A stretch of 64,000 nt of DNA, taken from the NCBI GenBank assembly GCA_013360585.1, contig JABWBH010000014.1, positions 20,770 through 84,769 on the forward strand. Direction: 5' to 3'. This DNA comes from Phycisphaerae bacterium (GTDB lineage: Bacteria > Planctomycetota > Phycisphaerae > UBA1845). The translations under genes and the position numbers were made by a program. Under the pieces are notes generated by a model. The model made no database searches. It was not told where the DNA came from and saw only the letters and a list, made by a program, of their open reading frames with translations. The stretch's first letter is position 1. Each line of letters opens with the position of its first letter. This document shows positions 10,401-18,867 of this stretch, piece after piece.

Positions 10401-10578
10401 GTTTGTTCCGATGGCGCTCAACACGGGCGTCGGGGCGGAGGTGCAGCGCCCCCTGGCGACCGTCGTGATCGGCGGGATTCTTTCCGACAATGTGCTGACG
10501 CTGCTGGTGCTGCCGGCGCTGTATTCGTTGTTCGGAAGCCGGCCGGCGCCCGACCCTGAGGTGGCGCAGCGCCGTTAA
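7474..10578 (+). CDS. czcA: CusA/CzcA-family heavy-metal efflux RND permease
   Basis: 1034 aa with IDAFPDTTPVQVQINT, LGAIDFGLVVDSSVIIVEN, GIEGKLFRPMA and GAEVQRPLATVVIGG. Confidence 0.93.
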   Translation: MLNWIISWSLRHRPAVILLSTILVAWGLWSMSRLDIDAFPDTTPVQVQINTVAPALPPLEIERQVTEPVEAAVAGIARLTEVRSISKFGLSQVTATFEDGTDIYFARQRINERLGAVALPEGIDPPELGPVATGLGEVFHYLLTGKGDDPPSLTELTALHDWVIRPQMLSVPGVAEINTWGGQRKQYEVLIDPARLIKYGLTLDDLVESLQQSNRSVGGGYVVRSGEAHLVLGVALTTTAEEIGNVVVFAHDGVPVKVRDVADVRAGFEIRRGGVTAHGAGEVVLGLGFMLMGENSHDVTRRLDERLAEVRRSLPDNVDVQVVYRRTDLVDHVISTVKRNLYEGAFLVVAVLFAFLGNLRAGLIVALAIPLAMLFSFSSMLQFGIAASLLSLGAIDFGLVVDSSVIIVENSVRRLGQEHDLGSLRPRLDIIRDAAVEVRRPTMFGELIIMIVYLPILLLEGIEGKLFRPMALTVVFALMSSLIFSITLTPVLCSFFLPRKVTERENFVVRFAHGIHRPFVQLALRFRRLTVAAGAGAIAWGAYLATQLGTSFIPRLYEEAVTINTIRLAGVSLEESLRYGTELEKLLLREYPDEIRHIWSRTGTAEVATDPMGLELTDVFLTLQPREHWTRAKTQAELVASMSDTLTGMPGMRTVFTQPIEMRMNEMIAGIRADVGVKIFGDDLEQLRALAREVQNIVEATPGSADVSTEQITGQPMLEVRVDPEAVARYGVPAAHVLELVEAVGGIEIGEIREGPRRFDLVIKLDEKFRDAPDALWNLLVPTASGERLPLSRLAHLVESEGPSTITRERQKRRIVVQCNVRDRDLGGFVADLRARLARDVPLPPGYFVAFGGQFEHLQRATQRLLIITSLALASIFLLLYMSTGTVRDSLIVLTGAPFAAFGGVVALHLRGMDFTVAAGVGFVAVSGVSMLSGLVLVSTIKQRIAAGVPVIEAILETRLMRLRAVLMTALVAALGFVPMALNTGVGAEVQRPLATVVIGGILSDNVLTLLVLPALYSLFGSRPAPDPEVAQRR

Positions 10579-10661
10579 GCGTGAGGAATCGCTCGTCGAC
10601 AACGACCGATCGCGTCGCTTCAACCCCCGGCTGAAGGACGCGCGATCCGTCCGCCGCAGAA

Positions 10662-12137
10662 TCACAGAACTGGCAGGCGCACGCGAGCGTCGGGAGGACC
10701 GTCGTCCTCATCAATATCATCGTCTTCCTCACCCGCGGCGTCATAAACGACGCCTTCAACCGCGGCGATCAGATCGTCGAAATCCGCCGCGCGCACCGTC
10801 CGCAGATCGAAGCACACCGCGTCGTCTCGGATCCGGGCGACGACCGGAACCTCCGCGCCGCGCAAACGCGTCGCCGCATCCGACGCCGTTGCGAACGACG
10901 GAATCCACCGCACGACCACCGTTTCAAACTCGACCACGGGCATCGCCCCGCCGCCCGCGTACGTCGTGTCGCTACCGACGAGGAACCGCTCCGACGGCGC
11001 AGCCTCCTGAAGCCGGTGCGCCAGATCGTTCGCCCGGTCGGCCAGCTCCGCCAGCGGCGCGTTCAGCATCGCCAGCGCCGGGACGGACCGCAGCGCCTCC
11101 CCGTCGTCTGCGTAGTGCCTCAGCGTCGCCTCCAGCGCCGCGAGCGTCAGTTTGTCCACGCGGAGCGCCCGCATCAGCGGATGCGCGGCGAGTCGATCCA
11201 CGATCACCCGCTTGCCGACGATCATGCCGCACTGCGGACCCCCGAAAAGCTTGTCTCCCGAGAAGCACACGAGGTCCGCCCCCGTGCGGATCGAGTCGCG
11301 CACGCACGGTTCCGGCGGCAATCCGTGTGCGGTCAGATCGACGATCGCGCCGCTGCCCAGATCGTCCACGCAAAGCAGCCCGCGAGCCCGGGCCAGCGAC
11401 GTCAATTCCGCCAGCGTCGCCTCCTCGCTGAACCCGACGACCCGGTAGTTGCTCGGGTGAACGCGGAGCACCAGCGCGGTCCGCTCCGTCGCCGCCGCCT
11501 CGTAATCCGCCGCCCGCGTCCGGTTGGTCGTGCCGACTTCACGCAGGATCGCCCCGCCTGCGCTCATGATCTGCGGCAGACGGAAGCTCCCGCCGATCTC
11601 CACCAGTTGCCCGCGCGAAACCAGAACCTCGCGCCCCTCCGCCAGCACATGCAGGATCAGATAGGTCGCCGCGGCGTTGTTGTTGACGACCAGCGCCGCC
11701 TCCGCGCCGGTCAGTTCGGCGAGCCGCTCCGTCACGTGCGAAAGCCTGCGACCCCTGTGTCCGGTCGAGAGGTCGAACTCGAGATTGCAGTATCCGGAGG
11801 CGGTTTCCGCGATCGCCTCGATCGCCTCGGCGGACAGCGGCGCCCGCCCCAGCCCCGTGTGAAGCACGATCCCGGTTGCGTTGATCACCCGCCGCAGCGA
11901 GGGCATCGACCGGCGCGTCAGTTCCTCCTCCGCCACCCCGATGACGTCCTCGATATCCACGGGCGACGTCAACCGCCCCTGCAGGATCGCATCCCGGAAC
12001 TGCTGAAGGGCGGCGCTCAGAGAGGTTTTCACCAGCGCGCCGGGGACGGCTTCGCTCCACTGCCGCACTTCCGGATGCGCCAGCAGCGCCGTCATCGACG
12101 GCAACGTCGATAGCAGATGATCCGCGCGGTCATTCAT
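10662..12137 (-). CDS. selA: L-seryl-tRNA(Sec) selenium transferase
   Basis: RRVINATGIVLHTGLGRAPL, VNNNAAA, SRGQLVEIGGSFR, EVGTTNRT and PLP lysine motif FSGDKLFGGPQ. Confidence 0.97.
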   Translation of the reverse strand: MNDRADHLLSTLPSMTALLAHPEVRQWSEAVPGALVKTSLSAALQQFRDAILQGRLTSPVDIEDVIGVAEEELTRRSMPSLRRVINATGIVLHTGLGRAPLSAEAIEAIAETASGYCNLEFDLSTGHRGRRLSHVTERLAELTGAEAALVVNNNAAATYLILHVLAEGREVLVSRGQLVEIGGSFRLPQIMSAGGAILREVGTTNRTRAADYEAAATERTALVLRVHPSNYRVVGFSEEATLAELTSLARARGLLCVDDLGSGAIVDLTAHGLPPEPCVRDSIRTGADLVCFSGDKLFGGPQCGMIVGKRVIVDRLAAHPLMRALRVDKLTLAALEATLRHYADDGEALRSVPALAMLNAPLAELADRANDLAHRLQEAAPSERFLVGSDTTYAGGGAMPVVEFETVVVRWIPSFATASDAATRLRGAEVPVVARIRDDAVCFDLRTVRAADFDDLIAAVEGVVYDAAGEEDDDIDEDDGPPDARVRLPVL

Positions 12138-12218
12138 GCGGATATTCGCAGGGTCGCGGGGTCGCCGTCATCTTGCCGTCTATGAAACACCCTTGTTTCC
12201 ACGCCGCCGTAAAACCAC

Positions 12219-12240
12219 GCCGCGTTCGTAACGAAGCGGT
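12219..12240 (+). repeat. REP-like palindromic repeat (family A)
   Basis: gccgcgttcgtaacgaagcggt resembles copies at 30015, 56137 and 60709. Confidence 0.5.
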
Positions 12241-12349
12241 CCACCTTGCGGCGGGTCGTCGAACCGCGCCGCTCCTTGTCGTCGCCCCGCGAGATCGAGG
12301 GGTGGACGCCGTCGTTCCGGGGGTCGATCGCAGGGATTGCAACGCCTTG

Positions 12350-14323
12350 CTAACCCTCGGACGCCAGGCGCCTCACGTCTCCGTCCCGTCGCGTGAATCC
12401 GATCCGGTCCAGATGCTCCGCATACGGAACCCCGTATTTCCGGCTTGTGCCCAGCGCTTCCCGCAATTGAGACACTGTCATTCCGCCGCCGGACCGGATC
12501 ATCCTCCCGACGGTCTCCTTTAACTCCGACACCCGCTCCGGCGGAAGGTACAACTGGTCCTGCACCTGAACAAGCTGGCCGGTCGCCACGGCGAACGTCG
12601 CCAGCCGCCCCCGCCGCTTCGCATCAACCGGCTCGCCGAATTGAATCTCATCCAGCATCGGCGGGGAAAACCCGCCTTTCTCCACCGCCGCCACCATCGC
12701 CGACAGAACCCGCTCATCCGCCCGGCTGAGCGCGGGGGCGAACTCCGCGAGGCACACGAAGCGCCCGAGCGTCCGCACCCGTCCCGATCGCGTCAGGCGT
12801 GCGAGCAACACTTTCCCCAGTCCCGGCGCGAACCGCCGGTCCAGCCACCCCGCCACCGCATCCGCCGCGCGACCCGGCGCGTCCGGCTGATCCTTGTGAA
12901 ACCGGGACATCCACGCGACCAGCCGACCCTCCACGTCCGTCAGCAGCGACGGCACGACGTGCAGGTTCGTCCCTTCCAGCGCCACGCGCCGCCCGCGTGC
13001 ATCGAGATCGGCGTAGACCGACGGCAGCGTCTCAAGCTCGATCCCCGTCGCCGCGCACACGGAAAGGTCCGTCGGCTCGACGAAACCGGCGTCGCGCAGA
13101 TGGGCTTCGAGCCGGTCCGCGGGATCCGCGCTTTCCAGTTGTACCAGCGCGGCGCGCTCCTGCTCGACCTCGCCCCGCCTCCGGCGTCCGACGGGCCGCA
13201 GAACAACCCCGCCGCCGAGCGTCCGCGCTGCATTCTCATCCCGAAGGATGAACCGCTGTCCGTGCGCCGCGGACAGCGGTTCGCCGCACCGCAACTGCGC
13301 ATAGGTGCTTGCGCCCGGCGCCAGCGTTCCGCTTCCCAGCAGCACCAGCCGCACCGCCGCTTCACGCGTGCCGAGGCAAAGCCGCACCCGGGTCGCGGAG
13401 CACAAGCCCTCGTTGCGGCTGGACAGACAGTGAACGCGGACGTCCACCACGCGCGACGGCCGCAGATACCCCGGCGTCGCCAGCTCACACCCCCGGTCTA
13501 CCGCCTCGCGCTCGACGCCGGTGAGGTTCAGCGCGGCCCGCGTTCCTCCGGACAGCGCCTCGGTCTCATCCCCGTGACGTTGCAATTGTCGCACACGGCA
13601 CCGCGCCCCGGAGGGCATCGCCTCCAGTTCGTCCCCGCGCATCACCGACCCGCGCAGAACCGACCCCGTCACGACGATCCCTCGCCCCGCAACGTTGAAC
13701 ACCCGATCGATGCACATGCGGAAAGGACGGCCGGCACGAACGCGCTCAACCCGGGCTGCCGCCGCCGCCAGCGCCTCACGAAGCGCCTCCAGTCCCGACC
13801 CGGTGACGGAGGAGACCGGCACGATCGCCGCGTCTTTCAACGAGCTTTCCGCAAGAAGCTCCCGCACGTCCTCACGCACCAGCTCGATCGTCTCCGCGTC
13901 CACCCGATCCGCCTTGGTCAGCGCGGCCACACCCGTCGTCACGCCGAGCAGGTTGAGAATCTCGACGTGTTCGATCGTCTGCGGCATGACCGAGTCGTCC
14001 GCCGCCACGATCAGCAGCGCGAGGTCGATGCCCTGCGCTCCCGCGACCATCGTGCGCACGAAGCGCTCGTGTCCCGGTACATCGACGATCCCGAACTGCA
14101 CGTCGCCCACCCGCAGGTGCGCGAAGCCCAGTTCGATCGTCATTCCCCGGGCCTGCTCCTCCGGCAGACGGTCCGTGTTGATTCCGGTCAGCGCGCGGAC
14201 CAGCGAGGTCTTGCCGTGGTCGATGTGGCCGGCCGTCCCGACGATCACGTGACGCGCGACGTCGACGGGCGCCGGTTCGGGCGACGTGGCGGCGCCCCCT
14301 TGAATGTGCGGCGTCGGCGACAT
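12350..14323 (-). CDS. selB: Selenocysteine-specific elongation factor
   Basis: [35 protein letters not shown] and C-terminal winged-helix [14 protein letters not shown]. Adjacent to selA. Confidence 0.97.
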   Translation of the reverse strand: MSPTPHIQGGAATSPEPAPVDVARHVIVGTAGHIDHGKTSLVRALTGINTDRLPEEQARGMTIELGFAHLRVGDVQFGIVDVPGHERFVRTMVAGAQGIDLALLIVAADDSVMPQTIEHVEILNLLGVTTGVAALTKADRVDAETIELVREDVRELLAESSLKDAAIVPVSSVTGSGLEALREALAAAAARVERVRAGRPFRMCIDRVFNVAGRGIVVTGSVLRGSVMRGDELEAMPSGARCRVRQLQRHGDETEALSGGTRAALNLTGVEREAVDRGCELATPGYLRPSRVVDVRVHCLSSRNEGLCSATRVRLCLGTREAAVRLVLLGSGTLAPGASTYAQLRCGEPLSAAHGQRFILRDENAARTLGGGVVLRPVGRRRRGEVEQERAALVQLESADPADRLEAHLRDAGFVEPTDLSVCAATGIELETLPSVYADLDARGRRVALEGTNLHVVPSLLTDVEGRLVAWMSRFHKDQPDAPGRAADAVAGWLDRRFAPGLGKVLLARLTRSGRVRTLGRFVCLAEFAPALSRADERVLSAMVAAVEKGGFSPPMLDEIQFGEPVDAKRRGRLATFAVATGQLVQVQDQLYLPPERVSELKETVGRMIRSGGGMTVSQLREALGTSRKYGVPYAEHLDRIGFTRRDGDVRRLASEG

Positions 14324-14429
14324 GCCCGCCGATTATCCGATCGACGCGCGCCGCCGACAAGAAAGCCGCGGGGAAGGCCTTTGCGGCTCCCCGCGGCTTG
14401 ATCGTGACTCCCGGCCGCCGCGTCGTCGA

Positions 14430-15911
14430 TCACAGGAACAACAGCGTCACGAGGATGAACAACGGAACCAGGATGCCGACGCTGTACATCATGTATCCGA
14501 AGAAGCTCGGCATCTTCACGCCTGACTGCTCCGCGATGCTCTTGACCATGAAATTCGGCCCGTTGCCGATGTACGTGTTCGCGCCCATGAAAACCGCCCC
14601 CAGGGAGATCGCCACCAGAAGATCCTGACGGATGTAGTTCCCGTCAAGGAGCTGGAAGATGCCCGGACCCGCCTCATGCGTCATCGCGTTGGCGATCTGG
14701 AAGAAGACCAGGTACGTCGGCGCATTGTCGAGGAAGCTGGACAGTGCCCCGGTGACCCAGAAGAATTTCCACGGCGCGTCCAGCACCTGACCGATCCGGT
14801 CGCCGCTCGATTTGAGCAGCTCCAGCGGCGGCTGCATCGCGATGAAGATCCCGATGAAGAGCGCCGCCACCTCGAGGATCGCCGTGTAATTGAACTGGTT
14901 GTCCTTGCGGACCGATTTCGCCGTCGATTTCAGCGACGCGACGACCAGCGCCAACATGCACAACTCGCGCATGAACATCGGTGCGGTGAAACCCGTCCCC
15001 AGCAGGGGCTCGCCCGGCTTGATCAGCGCCACGCACAGCACCACGCCCAGCAGCAGCACGAGGTTGTGCGATCCGCGCAGCGACAGGCGGCGGACCTGCG
15101 TCTCGTCCCGGATGATGTCGCGCGGCGTCTCCTTCTTGTACACCACGCTGTCCCACGCGTAGTAAACGACCAGCAGGACCGCCGACAGAAACGCCCACTC
15201 CTTCCAGAGGTGGAACGTCCAGAGGAAAGGCACGCCCTTCAGATACCCCAGAAACAGCGGCGGGTCGCCGATCGGCAGCAGGCAGCCGCCGATGTTGCTG
15301 ACCAGGAAGATGAAGAAGATGACCGTGTGTTTGACGTGCTTGCGCTCGGAGTTCGTCTGCAACAGCGGCCGGATCAGCAGCATGCTCGCGCCCGTGGTTC
15401 CGATGAAGCTCGCCAGCAGCGCGCCGACCGCCAGAAAACCGGTGTTCGTCGCCGGATGCGCGGCCAGATCCCCCTTCAGGCATATCCCGCCGCTGATCAC
15501 ATAAAGCGAGAACAACAGGACAATGAAAGGAATGTAATCCAGGATGATCGCGTGCTCCAGCACGCTCATGATCTTCGCCTGACCGTCCGCGATGGCGTAA
15601 TAAACGAGCGTGATTCCCGCGAAGACCAGCGCCACCATCAACTTGTTCTTGTTCTCCTCCCACCAGTGATGCGTGCGCGGAATCAGCGGGAGCAGCGCGA
15701 TCGACAGCAGCATCCCCACGAAGGGCAGCACCGCCCACGTCGCCGGCGCGTGTGCCTCGTGCCCTCCGCCGTGACCGTGGTCCGACGTGTAATGATGGTA
15801 CAGAAGCAGCACGAGCACGGCCGCCCCGGCGACCGCGGCCAGTCGGTTCAGCAAGGATCCCGAGTTCCCCAGTGGATGCGGATGCTCCGCCATGTTCACG
15901 CTCATTGACAT
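14430..15911 (-). CDS. Putative sodium:proton antiporter (ion transporter superfamily, CitMHS-like)
   Basis: Many TM segments with IGTTGASMLLIRP, NIGGCLLPIGDPPLFLG, SSFLDNAPTY, GANTYIGNGPNFMVK and a His-rich N-terminal loop. Confidence 0.88.
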   Translation of the reverse strand: MSMSVNMAEHPHPLGNSGSLLNRLAAVAGAAVLVLLLYHHYTSDHGHGGGHEAHAPATWAVLPFVGMLLSIALLPLIPRTHHWWEENKNKLMVALVFAGITLVYYAIADGQAKIMSVLEHAIILDYIPFIVLLFSLYVISGGICLKGDLAAHPATNTGFLAVGALLASFIGTTGASMLLIRPLLQTNSERKHVKHTVIFFIFLVSNIGGCLLPIGDPPLFLGYLKGVPFLWTFHLWKEWAFLSAVLLVVYYAWDSVVYKKETPRDIIRDETQVRRLSLRGSHNLVLLLGVVLCVALIKPGEPLLGTGFTAPMFMRELCMLALVVASLKSTAKSVRKDNQFNYTAILEVAALFIGIFIAMQPPLELLKSSGDRIGQVLDAPWKFFWVTGALSSFLDNAPTYLVFFQIANAMTHEAGPGIFQLLDGNYIRQDLLVAISLGAVFMGANTYIGNGPNFMVKSIAEQSGVKMPSFFGYMMYSVGILVPLFILVTLLFL

Positions 15912-16133
15912 ACGCGGCGTTCTCCCTTTGAAGTCAGGTAGGTATCGACCAACCCGGGACCGCCGCTTCGACTCGTTACGCCGGGCGGCGTCCGAATACC
16001 CCCGCCGCCCGACAGGAGAGCAGGATTGTGATGAAGTCTCTCGAACCTGTCCAGCGTGCGCAGGCGGTATTATCCGACCCGGGCGGAACGTGCAGCGCGT
16101 AACGAAGCGCCGTGATTCGATCGGGACAGCGCG

Positions 16134-16565
16134 TCAGCGAGTTCTCGATGGCGATGACGGCGAACCTGGGAAAAGCGCGGACCGGATTCGTTGCAGCACG
16201 GCGGCATCGGAATCGTTGGCCTTTGCGTGACTGACGGCTTCGTCGAACACCTTCTCGCTGATCAGAATCACGCTCGGATGAATCAGACGCTCCGACGACG
16301 CCAGCGACCGCAGGCGCGACTGCTGATCCCGGTCCAGCCGCAGCGCGCTCATCAGATCCTGAAACAACGCTCGAGGATCATCCTTCCACTCTCGTCGGCG
16401 CAGACGCGCCTGACCGCGCGTCAACGCGTAAGCGATCACGAAGATCAATCCGACCCCCAGCAGCGCCAGGAGCACGCCGACGACGGATCCGCCTTCGCCC
16501 ATCCGCTGCCGGATGCTTTCGAGCACCGGCGGAAGTTCGGACTGCGCGACCCATCCCGTCATCAT
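16134..16565 (-). CDS. Hypothetical single-TM membrane protein
   Basis: ATG 16565 overlaps the HEAT gene stop (ATGA). One strong TM segment followed by a helical domain. Confidence 0.7.
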   Translation of the reverse strand: MMTGWVAQSELPPVLESIRQRMGEGGSVVGVLLALLGVGLIFVIAYALTRGQARLRRREWKDDPRALFQDLMSALRLDRDQQSRLRSLASSERLIHPSVILISEKVFDEAVSHAKANDSDAAVLQRIRSALFPGSPSSPSRTR

Positions 16566-18460
16566 CGCAGCGCCTCCTGCGCATGTCGCGAAGTCGTCGG
16601 CGCCTGCCGCACGTCGGCCCCGCCCAGCGCCGACAGACACCGGTTCGCGCGGCGGCGAACGTGCGCGTCCGGATCCTCCCGCCCCATCCTTCCCACCACG
16701 AGGGCGCAGGACCGCAATCCGAGACGCTGCACGACCCACAACGCGCTGATCCGCGCGGCGCGGGACGAATCCTCCAGCATGTGCAGCAGCGCGTCGCCCG
16801 CCGGGGCATGCTGCCGGGCCAGCAGCGCCTTGATCGCGTTCGCCCGCACGCGCGGTTCCACCGCCTTCAACATCGGCGCGATCCACGCCGTGATCCGCTC
16901 ATCCGCCGTCCGCTCCAGCGCCTCGATCGCGTTCGCCCGCACACGCGGTTCGGCGTCGGACAGCGCCGAACGCAGCGCCCCCGCCGCGATCCCCCGGTCC
17001 ACGCCCGCCAGCGAAGCCGCCGCCGTCGCCCGGACGATTCCGTCCGGATCGTGGATCAGGCGTAGAATCGCGTCGCTGAACCCTGCTTCGATCCCGCGTT
17101 CCCGCACGGCGTGAAGTCCGCGCACCCGGTCCAGCGCTCGCGGCGAGTTCAGCAATGCGCGGCACGTCGTGACGACATCCGCCGGCGACGACGATCCGCC
17201 CGCGTTGTCGCTCTCGGGCTGCAAAACCGCTTCAGAGCGAGGTGCTTCGATTTTCCCGCCACGTTCATCGCCGGGGATTGCCGATGTCGCAGGTTCGCTG
17301 CGCACGGGCGGTCGAGCCGAAGAAGCCGCCGGAATCACCCGATCCGGGTTCCGCCGCCGCAGCTCCTTCTCCGCAATCGCCGCGAGCGCGGGGTCCGGTC
17401 CGCGAACTGCCGACAGCAGCAGGGCGTCCGACCCCTCTCCGTCCTGTCGAACCACCGCCCACAGCGCCGCTCGTCGGACCGCCGGCGATCCGGTTTCCAG
17501 CCACCGGCCGAACACCTCAAGCTTGTGCGCCGTGGGAATCCCGGAACGTGAGATCACACTGGCGATCCGCTCGACGTGATGCGGGTCGCAGTCCGCGAGA
17601 CGACGCACATCAGTCCGGATCCAACGTGTCGCGCGCACCTTGGTGCAACCCCGCTCCACGTTCGGGTCCGCCAGAAGCCACGAGGCCTCGATCAGGCCCG
17701 CGAGGACGCCCGCGTCGTCCGCCTGCTCCAGTCTTCGCGCCGCCGCCTCTCGCACCGAATCCAGTTCCAGCGCGCACCACGTGAACACGGATAAGCGCGG
17801 ATCCGACGGTCCGGCGAGAATCTGCCGCGTCGCGTGGACCAGATGCGACCGAGGGCCTTCAAGCCGCGAACGTACGACAGGCTCTGTCTCCGCGTACATC
17901 CACAACGCTGCCGCAAGCACGTCCGCGCGGAAGTGAAGCTCCCAGGTCCGCACCGCCTGATTCAAGGCTTCGGTCAATTGAATCCGCCGCGCCAGGTAGG
18001 CCCGCTCGGCGTCGTCATCCTCCGGCTCCGGTCGCGTTTCAAGGTGGCGGCGGACCAGTTCAACCAGGACTTCGCCGGCACGCGTGCGAACGCTTCCGTC
18101 GTCCGCCCCGAGTCCTTCCGCCGTCAGATAGGCCAGCGACGCATCGTTGGATTCCCGGATCAATTCCAGTGCAGCGAGTTTCGGCGCCGCCGTCGGCGCG
18201 TGCATCAGGTCTCGTATTGATCCCGAAAGCGTCGCCGTCGCCGCAGCCAGCGTCTTCCGGACAGCATCGGGATAACTGAGGTAGTGCCCCGCAAGGTGCT
18301 TCAATGCGTGCGGGCGCGCCCGCTTGAGCAAGACCTCGATTGCGGCGACCGCTACCGTTTCGGATACGGTGGGCAGCGCATGAAGCAGGGCGTCCTCGAC
18401 CGCCAGATTCGGCAGGTCGCCCAGGTGCGCAAGAACAGAAGGATATGACGCTGTGCTCAT
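16562..18460 (-). CDS. HEAT-repeat protein
   Basis: Repeats DPDGIVRATAAASLA, DAEPRVRANAIEAL and EPRVRANAIKAL. Start placed at ATG 18460. Confidence 0.85.
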   Translation of the reverse strand: MSTASYPSVLAHLGDLPNLAVEDALLHALPTVSETVAVAAIEVLLKRARPHALKHLAGHYLSYPDAVRKTLAAATATLSGSIRDLMHAPTAAPKLAALELIRESNDASLAYLTAEGLGADDGSVRTRAGEVLVELVRRHLETRPEPEDDDAERAYLARRIQLTEALNQAVRTWELHFRADVLAAALWMYAETEPVVRSRLEGPRSHLVHATRQILAGPSDPRLSVFTWCALELDSVREAAARRLEQADDAGVLAGLIEASWLLADPNVERGCTKVRATRWIRTDVRRLADCDPHHVERIASVISRSGIPTAHKLEVFGRWLETGSPAVRRAALWAVVRQDGEGSDALLLSAVRGPDPALAAIAEKELRRRNPDRVIPAASSARPPVRSEPATSAIPGDERGGKIEAPRSEAVLQPESDNAGGSSSPADVVTTCRALLNSPRALDRVRGLHAVRERGIEAGFSDAILRLIHDPDGIVRATAAASLAGVDRGIAAGALRSALSDAEPRVRANAIEALERTADERITAWIAPMLKAVEPRVRANAIKALLARQHAPAGDALLHMLEDSSRAARISALWVVQRLGLRSCALVVGRMGREDPDAHVRRRANRCLSALGGADVRQAPTTSRHAQEALR

Positions 18461-18867
18461 GCGGCTCCGATCATTTTGTCGGCAGGAACGGCCTGTCAGC
18501 TTGGGGGGACTAGGTGGGACAGAGAGCGCCCCCCTCACTTGCCGAATTCCGCTGCGGACTGGAACGAACCGGGTCTCGATCGCCCGGCAACGACCCCGGA
18601 ATGAACTGAATTTCATCGGCGAGGCAGGCGTAAGAAGCCGGAGCAGCAGGCACGGTCGCACCTATCGGACCGCGGCGCCGCCGTCCGGACGCCTCTATCC
18701 GGCGGTTTCCCAGCCCAACGCAGATTCTGGTGGGTTTGATCCCTCGTGCGCCTTCAACTTTCCGCATTGTGAGTTATGATAAAAGCGTCGGGATTTCAAG
18801 CGGACAGGCGGACGGCGTGGGAAGCGTTGCCCTGATGACGTCGCCGGGAAGTCCGGGAGTGTGCTTC

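Noticed and set aside
12138-12349. tRNA-Sec (selC) between selB and selA
   Set aside because: No cloverleaf with a TCA anticodon; only a REP-like repeat is visible.
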